Shown piece by piece: positions 36,703-48,600 of a DNA stretch of 64,000 nt. Source of the DNA: Nemertoderma westbladi (Eukaryota > Animalia > Xenacoelomorpha); NCBI GenBank assembly GCA_032718475.1, contig JAUCBJ010001574.1, positions 1 through 64,000 on the forward strand. The letters are read 5' to 3'. Position 1 is the first letter of the stretch; the number at the start of each line of letters is the position of its first letter. The position numbers and the translations under genes are program-made. The notes beneath the pieces were generated by a model. That model did no database searches. It saw only the letters and a program-made list of their open reading frames with translations, and was not told the DNA's origin.

Positions 36703-38728
36703 TGTACACCATGACCCGTAATATAGTGTCATTTTCTGATGACACGGACCCCCCACCCCCCCCCCCCCCCCCAAATTTTTATACAAATCTTTAGGGGTCA
36801 TCCATAAAAGACGTCCGGATATATCTTTTTACAGAACACAGCAGAACACAGTAGAACACAGCAGAACACAATAGAATACAGGCGGAACATAGGCGAACAC
36901 AGCTGTAATTAAAATCTACACCAAAAAATAACACACTTGGGAAAGTACCGGATTTAATCATACAACTGTAAGATGTCAATTACATATTTAAATTAAATGG
37001 CGGTTTTCCATATCCTCCAAAATAAATTACTTCTCATTATCCTGTAACCATGGAGAGTTGGTTAGTTCTACAGCAGTACAGTACCGGTAGCTGAGTAGGC
37101 CTACATCAGTACATTGGTAATATACTCTACACTGTGCCCGGTAATTGCCGGTAAATGCCTACATCTGTCTGTCTGTACAATGTACAGTCTGTCAGTCTGT
37201 ACATGTCTCTACAGCACTAGGCCTACGGCAGTACTGGAACAGGCTGACAGGCAGACTGCTGGACTAGTAACAGGTACAGGCCTAACCGAACAGCTGATCG
37301 GGCAACTCTGATCAGGTAATATATTTTGGAGGATATGGAAAACCGCCATTTAATTTAAATATGTAATTGACATCTTACAGTTGTATGATTAAGTCCGGTA
37401 CTTTCCCAAGTGTGTTATTTTTTGGTGTAGATTTTAATTACAGCTGTGTTCGCCTATGTTCCGCCTGTATTCTATTGTGTTCTGCTGTGTTCTACTGTGT
37501 TCTGCTGTGTTCTGTAAAAAGAACTATCCAAGACGTCCGAGAAAATCCCGAATTTTTGGACCCCCCCTCCCCCCTGTCCGCGAATGTCCGGTTTTTGACC
37601 CCCCCCCCCCCTCCCCCCTATTCGGACGTCCGAATTTTAGAAAATAAAACAGAAAACAAATACACGAATTATTGCTGTACATTGTACAAATAGGGGGGCG
37701 ACTACTAATATTAACAGTACTAATATATATATAAAACTATATAAAATACTGTAGTTTACGAGTCAGCTAGGAATGATTCCTCCCAAATTGGTGATGAGAA
37801 CGTAGTGAAAACTGGCATCACATCCTCCCCATAATCCGCAACCTTCGCTTCATCATCACCTACTTTGTCCCGGCCACACTCTGCCTCAACGATGAACGAT
37901 TTCAAACAATATGATAATATCATATTGTTTGAAATTTGAAACACAACTAGTTCAACTCACCGTGGTTGTTACCATGAAGCTGGAATTTTCGATTTCGCCT
38001 TTAAATTTTATTTATAAGCGTTTTAAAAAAGTGTCTTTTGCGAAATCGCACCCTCTGTATCATTGCCATTATTCACTTTAGTCGTAATTTTTTCACATCA
38101 ATAGAAAGTTTGCGTTGAAAGGATTCCAAATATGTAGCAATATCTAAATTTCATTGAGAAACAGCTGAGAAATAGGCGTTCAAAGATTGCAAGAATTATT
38201 GTTCGCTGCAAGCCATTTATTCTATTTAATAAATACACAAAATTCTAGAACGTGTTATTAATTTTATGAGTTGGTAGGCAACAGCGGTATGCCTATACAA
38301 TATCTATATTGCCTAGCTAATCATACATAAACAAATTGTTCCAGAATATTGTGTATTTATTAAATAGAATAAATGGCCTGCAGTGAATTATAATTCTTGC
38401 AATCTTTGAATGCCTATTTCTCAGCTGTTTCTCAACGAAATTCAGACATTGTTACATATTTGGAATCCTTGCAACACAAGCTTTCTATTACGACTAAAGT
38501 GAAGAATGGCAATGATACAGAGGGTGCGATTTCGCAAAAGGCACTTTTTTAAAACGCTTATAAATAAAATTTAAAGGCGAAATCGAAAATTCCGGCTTCA
38601 TCGTAACAACCACGGTGAGTTGAACTAGTTGTGTTTCAAATTTCAAGCAATATGATAAAGATTTGTAGAAAAATTTCGGGGGGGGGGGGGGGGTCCGTGT
38701 CATCAAAAAATGACACTATATTACGGGT
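36703..38728. mobile_element. Large foldback element: arms 36703-36792 + 37918-38230 versus 38365-38728 (+52302-52311)
   Basis: The arms are reverse complements. The left arm is interrupted by an insertion at 36793-37917 and the right arm by RTE copy 2. Confidence 0.7.
36817..37529. mobile_element. Non-autonomous Mutator-like foldback element
   Basis: Near-perfect TIRs of ~205 bp (GGATA...TATCC). 9-bp TSD AAGACGTCC at 36808-36816 and 37530-37538. Inserted in the terminus (GGGGTCATCCATAAAAGACGTCCG) of another MITE-like element. Confidence 0.85.
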
Positions 38729-39620
38729 ACTACTAGGATCGGCATGCTGCATTGCAGCTGCATTTTTAAGAATGCTGTGCCGGCTTGTCAACAAAATTGC
38801 ACCGCCACAACTCCCTATCACCCATGACATTTGCTAGATCATCCGCATCTTTAAGGCCAGTGTCCTTTAAGATGCGTCTCAAGAAAGTCATGGGCTGTCC
38901 ACCATGCTTATTCACTCCATGAGGCTGCCAAAGTACAAGATTATGCACTGGCTGGTCCTCACGGCGAAAGCAATGTCCTGCAAAGCGGAGGCGATTTTGT
39001 TCTAGTGTCAAGCTTGGGGGAACCAATGAGACACCTCCAATGTTATATAGTGTCTGGTTGGAGATGTGTGCATTGTACTTGACACAATGTACCCGGCGTA
39101 GCATTCTTGTGAATGTGCCATCCAGAGATTTGGTGTCCTCAGCAGTTAGAGCCCAGCATGGACTCCCGTAGAGGAGTACTGGAACTACTGCTGCTCTGAA
39201 TAATCGGACCTTAAGTTTCCGATTAATTCTAGGTGACTTCCAAATCCTGGAAAGCCTATTCAAGGCTGCCCATGCCTTTCCCTTACGTATTCGAAGGTCC
39301 TCACCTGACTTCCGGATCCATGATCCCAGGTAACAGAAGTCGTCCACATGCTCAAGCATACCATCCTTTGAGCTTATGCTCATCCGATCAGAGACTTGCT
39401 GAGGACTTTCAAAGTTAACTGTCAGAATTTTTGTCTTTCTGGAGTTAATAAAAAGACCAACACTAGAAGCAGCATGTTCTAATGAGCTGAGGAGCCGCTG
39501 GGCTCCCTCTAATGATTCTGAGAGTACTCCTAAAAGTCATCAGCAAAGTCTAGATCAGTTAGGTACTTGGCAGGATTTCCTCGACTTCTGGAGCCAGTAG
39601 GTGGAGTTATCATCACCCCA

Positions 39621-42600
39621 TGTAAAAGCTTTTGCTGAATTGTCCGGTTATTTTTCCTTATTTTTCCCGTAAAATACTCTGTAGTTGGTTTACCAGGCAT
39701 AAAAAGGCCGTGTCCTTGCTGTACTGGTGTTTTAGCGGACATAAAAGCTATTTCTTCTGTATTTGTACTTTAGAGGACATAATCCGTAATTCCGTGACGT
39801 AAAAGCTCGATACTCTTGAAAACAGTGTCGCTACCATGACGACGGCTAGCAGCTGATATTGCCACGTCGACGTTTCTTTGTTTCTCTGTTCTCTCGTTGT
39901 TCAGGTTGACCAATCAGAGCGTTTGTTGTCTCTGTGTTGGAGGTATATACAGAAACTCAGTAGTTCAGTGTTATGTTTTTGCCCAGAGCCTAAGAACCGG
40001 CTTTGGCACCTCCGTTTTTCAGTTTTTAGTCTTACACTAGTAGGTTTAATTATAAAGGGCATATATCCTTTAACTCATGGAATCACTGCTAACTGATCAT
40101 ACATACTGACTGCTGAAACATTGCAAACTCATAACAATCAGTGTTTTCATTGTTGTTTTATACTGCTATTTACCGTCAGTTCTTCATAATATGGTTGATG
40201 AATAATTATATTTGGAATAACGATAAATAACCCCGAAACCCAATATTCTTGATATACCGAAGGTAAGAGAGAAGGGTTACAGAATAACGATTGTGACTTA
40301 TGTTAAAGTGGTTTGAAGTGAATCTAATGTTATTTGATAGACCCTACATGAGTCAGTCTGTGTTCCTTTTATATGTGACTAAAATCAGTGAAGATTGGCA
40401 GATTAGTGTGCAGTATTGTGCAGCATTGTGTATGAGTGAGTCTGTTAAAGAAGCAATTCCTAAAGAATGCGCCATATATGTGAATTATAATTAAGCCATA
40501 TCGTTGTGAGTAGTTTAAGTCATAACTCTGTTTATATAGATAAAGCGCCACGTCCTAAAGGAACTGTTAATATTACCGAAGGTGAATAATATTGTCAGAG
40601 ATTATATAGTACTGTCAGTCGAATAATACATTAGGCTTACATAGCAATAAAATTAAACCGTCGAACCCAATCTCCCGGGAATATCCAGCGGGTGAATGAT
40701 CGCGCACAGATTGGTTTCGACTAGTGTAGTGAATCAAATACTTGTCATAGACTAAAAACCGATTTAATATCTAGAAGACATCTTAATTTGGTGGGTTAAA
40801 CTGCCAAAGGTCTGAAAGCGCGAACATTAAAGGATATAGCTTCTGTATTGCAGTAGGCAATAAAGCTGAAGTACCGGCAACCGGTACCCAGTAGGCCTGA
40901 CTACCTAACCACCCGGACCGGTACCTACAGCAGTACAGGTACAGCAGTATTATTCGATTTTGATAATTATATACCGGTAGGCCTTAATAATTAATCAGGG
41001 AGGGCCCGCCCTGGTTTTTTATTGAGATTTTTACTTATTTCTGTCAAGTTTTATTTATTTGTAGGCCAGTATTGAACAGAAGGCGTGTAAGCCTGATCAG
41101 ATTGTACAGACGATTTGTAGGCTGAGCTGTTGTCTGATTTCTGTTAAGTCCGAACGAATTGCAGTGTGTGTAGATCACCTGTCCGATTAAGTACGATTAG
41201 GCAGTAGGGGCAGCGAACGCTGTAAGGTAAACCCCCAACTAAAGAATAAGTCGCACTACTGGGTTAGAGCGCATACTCCCTAATCATTTCGGAGTCTGCA
41301 TGTCCTGTAGTTTATTTAGGCTTGAGAGTAGTCTGCCATCGTTTGGTCTGTACTTTGTTTGTGTAAGTCTGTACGGGTAGCGTATAATTTTATTTAGATA
41401 ATTTGTAGGCTGGATAGTTGTCTGGCTGTTATTAGGTCTGAACGGATTGCCGCGTGTGTAGATCATCTGTCCGATTAAGTACGGTTAGGCAGTAGGGGCA
41501 GCGAACGCTGTAAGGTAAACCCCCAACTAAAGAATAAGTCGCACTACTGGGTTAGAGCGCATACTCCCTAATCATTTCGGAGTCTGCATATACCGTAGTT
41601 TGTTTAGGCTTGATAGTAGTCTGTCAGTGTTCGGTCTGTATTTTGTTTGAGTAGTTTGTACGCGTAGCGTAATATTTATTATTCAGAGTTTATGCGATTA
41701 TCCGCAACATTCATTCCCCAAGTTTGTTCCTACAGTAATTGTGTTTGTTATACATACCGCTATAGTTAAATTAACCCCGGTACTACACGGGCTGCTCGGC
41801 GTAGGTAAAGACTGGTGATTTTGTGCATCGGTCACTCCAGCAGATGCCGTGGTTCTTTTAGCTGTTCAAGTATATTTAACTACTGATTATCTGTTATACA
41901 AGTACTCGTACCTAATTTAGGGTTTAGTGTACAGTACTTTCCGAAGTAATTAGTGTAGACATTATATCTGTGTTGTAAAGTGGTTGATAGGCACATTCGA
42001 TTAGCTCTATTAACTTCTAGGTAGGAACACTCCGTGATACATAACGTAGAACCTATAGCGATACGGCTATAGGTCGTCAGGCGGTGGTATTTTCCTATCT
42101 AGACAACGCAGTGTATTTACTACTACTTATTATTTCAAATACCGTAGTACCCTGTCCGTTGTAATAACCGGTTATCTAACCCTTTGTTAGGCTGGTTTGT
42201 AGACTTCTTGTAAAATTACCCTAAAAATTCGTATTTGTGTTTTGTAAATTTTGTGTTTATTTAGAGATTGTAATCTCACCCGAATTGTACGTAATTTGTA
42301 GTATTAAGTAACTTAGGTAAATTAGAATTATTTGTTTTAGTGTCCTATACGTAACACTTCACTAAAAGCGCACCGCTTTGTGTAGTGATTACCCCAGAAA
42401 TAATAACATTTATTTCAAACATTGACTAAACCCATTAAAACGGGTATAAATACATTATAAATCAAATCTAACGATTTATAAATAGTAGGCCTACCATAAA
42501 ACCATTAGGTCTCAATATCAGTTGGATTACTGCTTAAATAACGGTAATAAAGTAAGTTAAAGTAACCAAGTAACCCTAAAGTTCAGAAATTCAATTATTC

Positions 42601-45600
42601 TAAAATAATTGATATACCGGTATCTACGATAGGCCTATTATCTTATTTCTATAAATCTAGGCTGAAATTATACCGGTACTTGTAATTAATTCTATTCCAG
42701 AATTATATATCCTACAAACTGTAAGCTGTATACCGGTATTCCGATAGGCCTATTATATTTTTATATATATTTGTGCTAAAATTATACCGGTATTCTGTGA
42801 TAAACCTAGTCTGTAATAATAGTTATATATACTATAAGCATACCGGTATTCTAATATATTATATATATCACGCTACACTGAGTAGCAGTACCGGTAATTA
42901 ATTACTAGGCTAGCAGTTAATACTGAGTTACTAGACTTGCTCAGACTGTAATACAGCAGTAGACATTCAACTGTACACATAAGCATGTCTGACGCAAAGC
43001 AGAATCTGTCAGACAGTCTACTAGATACAACCGAGAGCGAAGTGACAGCAGAGAAACCACATAAGAGAGATGCCATTGACATCTATCTGTCAGACTATCA
43101 GCGTTTTTTAGGTGATGACGAGTTGAGGAGAAGGTTAGAGGGACTTAGCCCTAATAGTGAAGGAACCAAGCTTGTGTTGGATGCCATCGATGTGGAAATG
43201 AGGGCTGCGAATCAGGCTAAATTCGATGAACAACTCCGCATCACACGAGTTCAAGAAGAACAAGTAAAGAAAAAACGTATAGAAGACAGAAAGAAAGCAG
43301 CAGTGGTAGCTGCAGAAGCAGAAAGAAAGGCGGCAGCGGCCAAGGCAAAGGCGGCAGAGGTAGCGGCCAAGGCAAAAGCGGCAGAGGCAGCGGCAGAGGC
43401 AAAGGCGGCAGAGGCAGCGGCCAGAGGCAAAGGCGGCAGAGGCAGCGGCCAGAGGCAAAAGCGGCAGAGGCAGCGGCCAGAGGCAAAAGCGGCAGAGGCA
43501 GCGGCAGAGGCAAAAGCGGCAGAGGCAGCGGCCGAGGCAGCGGCAGAGGCAAAAGTGGCAGAAGCAGAACGGAGAGCGGCTGAAGAAACCACCCAATTAG
43601 AATTGGAAAACATTCAGGAGAATCAAGACTGCATAAATAAACAGTTAACAGCTAGTAATATGCAGATGATGGATCGATCTACTCCCAAAAGACAGGGATA
43701 TACATCATCTGAGGAAGGCGATACCACCGATACTGAAGGCAAAGGAAATAGATCTCGTCTAAGCAGACGTAAAAGAACATTCCACCGTCAGAAATTGCCT
43801 GATTTGCCTCCAGCTGTTAGAAGGCAACTAAATAACACCAACTTAGGTAGTACAGAGCCCACAGACCAAATAATTAAAATAGAAAGACTCCCTACTATAG
43901 TAGATGAGCCTGAAATAATTAGGCCTGTTCTTGAAATCACCCCTTCGGTGATAGACACACCTGTGCTCCCTGAAACTACTTCTAAATTCCCTCTGCATAG
44001 CACTAAGCTACCTGTGCCCCGTAGAACTGCCCCAGAGACAGTTCAGGTCCTGGACCCCGAGCGAAATATTCATAATTTGTCGCCCGTTGTCCCTCGTCCG
44101 CCCGCTACAACGTTGGCGACTCCCGCTTCGGCGGTCGAATGGGTGGACGAGAGACGGCGGGGGATGGATGGATATCCTGCTCGGGCAGATGCAGGAGACT
44201 GTCCAGCAGTTCAAGGGCACAGTAAGGGAAAGTAGGCTAGAGTTGCAAGAAGTGCAGCAAAGTATCGCGCTAGAACGCGATAAATTAGTAAATACTCAAA
44301 AGGGTATACCACCACCCTCTGTAACAATGTGTCAACCTGTTAGGTCTGAAGTATCGCATGCGCAAGGTGTGGAGCCTACACGCATTTATACTGCTAGCGA
44401 AGTAGAAACTCCTATAGTGAACCCTATTAAGGGTAATTATAGACCTGTTGATAATGATATTCCCTATAGAACTGATCATAATCCGAGAAATTTATATACC
44501 GATAACTCGATATTAAATAGCATGATGGCCCAAGAAAGTTTTACGCGTCAAATGGCTAGAACCGAAGCCCGGCAAGCGGTAAAGGTTGGAGAGATCGTCA
44601 AGTTCAATGGAGATGAGATGAAATGGTTACCTTTTAATGAATATTACAATAATAACATACAGAACTCTGTACTATCTAATGGAGAAAAACTTAGATTCCT
44701 CATCGAGTGCTTGGAAGGATCTCCCAAGTCAATGGCGTTAAAATTTATTGGACATCCAGATGGATTAAGACAAGTTTGGGATACACTAAACATCAGGTAT
44801 GGTAATAGGACTAACATAGCTAGGTATTTATATGCGAAATTAATGGCGCCCCGAAAGTTTCTTAGCAGCGGGATTATAGAGTTTTCCGATGAGATTCAGG
44901 AGATCTGTAGACAACTAGATTGGTTAGGTAAGTCTCATGAATACCAGAATTCTATGGTTGTAGGAGCCTTAGCATCTACTTTGCCCAAGGGTGGAGTAGG
45001 TACACGCTGGGACAAGAAGGTGTTATATCTGATGGAACAACAACGACGAGACCCTACCATGACTGATCTCATGTCATTCTTAGATAGAGAAGTGAAATTA
45101 CAGCTCCTAAGGCAGTCCAGAGAGAAGACATTGGAAAACAAGGTAAGTGAGAAACCCGTTTCTAGGAGAAGGGTAACACCAGTATGTTATACCGACGACG
45201 GTGAAAGCCAAACTTCTCAAGGAGAGGACAGCGGGAAAGACACTGACAGATCTTATTATGTCAATAAATTGCCTAAAGATCAGGTAAGTAAATCCGAGTC
45301 TCGACCCAATGACAGAAGGGAACCGGTACAAAAAACCCTTCCTACGTCTCCTAAAAGAATTCAGGTGAGAAAGCCCGAGGAAAGAACAAGTGTGCACCAC
45401 ATAGCACAGGTTAAAGTAAGTAACATCAAGCCGAAATGTGTGCTGTGCGACGGGCCCCACCATTTAAATGCGTGTGATAAATTCCTGAGGAAATCACTAA
45501 AGGATAGACGTGAAGTCATGTGGGATAAGCGGTTGTGTTATAATTGCCTCAGACGAGGACACCAACGGCGAACCTGTAACTCCGACGCAAGGTGTGCAAA

Positions 45601-48600
45601 GTGCGGCGCAAAACATCATATCTTGTTGCACACGGAATTCGAACGAAACAGCCCGAGTCAGGTAAGTGAGTCCGAACTACATGTCCAATTCAGTGATGTG
45701 AACGACACTGATCAATCTGAGATGGAAGGATTCTATACGGACGAGTTCTCCGACCAAAACGAATCCTGTTACCTAATAAACACCACCGCAGTGTATCGAG
45801 CACTCGTGTATGAGAAAGACACAGACAGCGACCTTACCTTAACTACTTCCGATCAACAACCATCTTGGAAAGCGCCAACTTCCAATATCGGAATCCGAGA
45901 ATTTCCTGTAGTCCAGTTACGGGTCCACGGACCTCAGAAGAGCTATATAGTGAACGCCCTCCTGGACTCCGGTAGCACAGGAACATTCATCGATAAAGAA
46001 CTAGCCGAAGTCATCTTTGCTGGACAACCCAAGTTCCGAACCAAGCTAAACGTGTCAGGAATCATGCAAGTTTGGAAATCTACAGTAACAGCTGATTATT
46101 ATGTAGGAGCGTTGTCCACCCCCCAGGACGAACTAGGAGAACATAGCATAAGGTCAGTGAAAATGGTGGCTATAAAGAACTTCGCTACTACTCAAGCAGA
46201 CCTTTATAATTGGGACGAGGATGAGAGCATCCAACATCTTAACATACCTCGATTCCAGACTGATTATCCTGGAGTGCAAATACTCATCGGCCAAAACGCG
46301 CATGAGGCGCTGGAGACATTAGAGAAACGACCTGCTCAACCGCAGCCACTACAGACCTATGCGGTAAGAACTAGAGTAGGTTGGTACCTTACTGGACCTT
46401 CCCGTAGAACGCTCAGGGAAAGACTGCTTCAAGATCGCGTCTGCCAGGTGAGTGAATGGGAAGATGATACTAGTGAGGGAGACGACCCAACTGAGGGAAC
46501 ACCACACTCCTCAGATAATGACAATCTTAGCTCCAATGTAGATCAATGGAGATATTGCCCCAAGAAGTTTAATCCAACGGACATCGCTTCCAGAGGAGCA
46601 ACTCCTCAAGAACTGACAGATACTATAGACCGGTTAGGTGAACCCGACTTCCTGAGTAAGGAGAATGAATGGCCTCCCCATCTTACTCCGACTGAGATTA
46701 GACCAGCCAAGGGAGCGGAGAAAGTCGAACCTGAAACCCGGACGGGTGGATCGGAGTTATTTGAACCCGGGATAGATCTGTCGGTATTACATGTTGCCAG
46801 GGACGACGCCGTGGATCTGGGCCTCCCCTCCGCGAGTGGATCCTTCATGAAGATCAGAGAGAGCGATTGGAGCTCTGGAACATCAGACGTCTCGCAGGGA
46901 CTCTCACCTCTCCTGCAGAGAGCGACGGACCACTATAGCTCCTGGAATCGGCTTTGTGACGCCGTCATATACTTTGAGCGATGTTTCTATCGTCACTATT
47001 CCAGGACGAAGAGGAAACCTGGAATTGTATTCAGGATGCAGCGACTCAATCACCCAGTCGGTCGTTTGTGTTTATCGGAAGGGAATGGAGGACTCTCCGG
47101 AAACTGTGGAAGGCAAGATTCTCTTCCCACGACCACCTCCCTAATCCTTCAAACATCTAGGGACTCCATAACGTAACAACATATGGAGTGGGTGTGTGAC
47201 TCTATTATTTTATATTATTTTATTATTTTTATATTTATGTATGTATTACTATGTAATTCTATTATAATCGTTTTCTTTAATTTTATTCAGTAGAATGTTA
47301 TTTTAGCGATTATTTAGTAGATTAGTGCAATATATATTCGCGTTTATTACTTAATTACGTATATATTATATTTAATGCGACGGCAAGAAATAATTCTTTT
47401 CCTTCTTCCTTACTGCTCCGTATTCTATTATAAATACGTAACTACAGTAAGATGAAATGTCCGTACTTATTAAAGTACAATAAAGCCACTACTATATTCA
47501 AGTATTATTGGTAGGCAGAGTATTAGGAATGCAAAGTTCAGATCCTCGTGTCTCGGCTAAACCAAGCTCTGGGTAGACCTTGGAAACGACTTGCCTCTTC
47601 ACACTGACATTGCTTCGTGCGATATTGCTCTCATACCGTATATTAAATAATACATATAGTAGCGTGATGTCCCTTTAACAGTAGCGTATAACGCAAAATA
47701 AATCTGTTAAACCCTTTGACCATCTGTAATTCTAGTCGATTAAGATATCGTGGCACCCACCGATATACTTGAAAGACAAATTATAGAATCAGTGGTTAAC
47801 GTCACCAGACAAGTTCTGGAATAAATCGGTGCCCATCTCAAATATTAATTATTTAATATTTGCAAATCTAATACGTCAAAATCTGTAAAATTCAGATCCT
47901 TCAACAATTCTAGTCAATTAAGATATCGTAGCATTTACCGATATTCTTAAAAAAGACAATTGTCATAGAATTAAGGATCTTGTGTCCCTAGACATGTTCT
48001 AGAATCAAAATATGTCCATTTAATTATCAAATAATAAAATTTCAGGGAATAAATTTAAATTCATGCCTTTAATGAATTTAATAAATTGCCATTTTTACGC
48101 AATTTATAAAGTTCCCAAAATTTCATTAATTAATAGATCAAGGGAGCGGAGATTTATCTTATCATGCGTATGAGTGTGTGAAAGTCTCCCAAACATAGTC
48201 AATAGCCGATAAAATTCATAAAGTCATGTATAAAACAGAACATTGACTATTAAAGAATACTATTAAATAACATCCCAGATCTGTATGCATTGGAACTACC
48301 CTAATTCTACCACTAGCTTTGCATAATGTCACCATAGCAACAACCACGCTAGAATTAGAATTGAGTTAAAAGAACAATAGAAAGCTTGTCCCATTGAATA
48401 GCATAGGGAATAATAGCGCACTACTAGTATCCCAGGATACATACTAATACAGTGACATTCTGGAAGGCATTGACTAACGGACAAATGGCCCGAATGTGTG
48501 TAATTTGTGACAAGTTGTGTGTGTGGTATTTGTGAGTTTATAGGTGAATGTTACTACTAAGGTGTGTTTACAGTAGCTAGTCGCAATCGTAAAAGTAACC

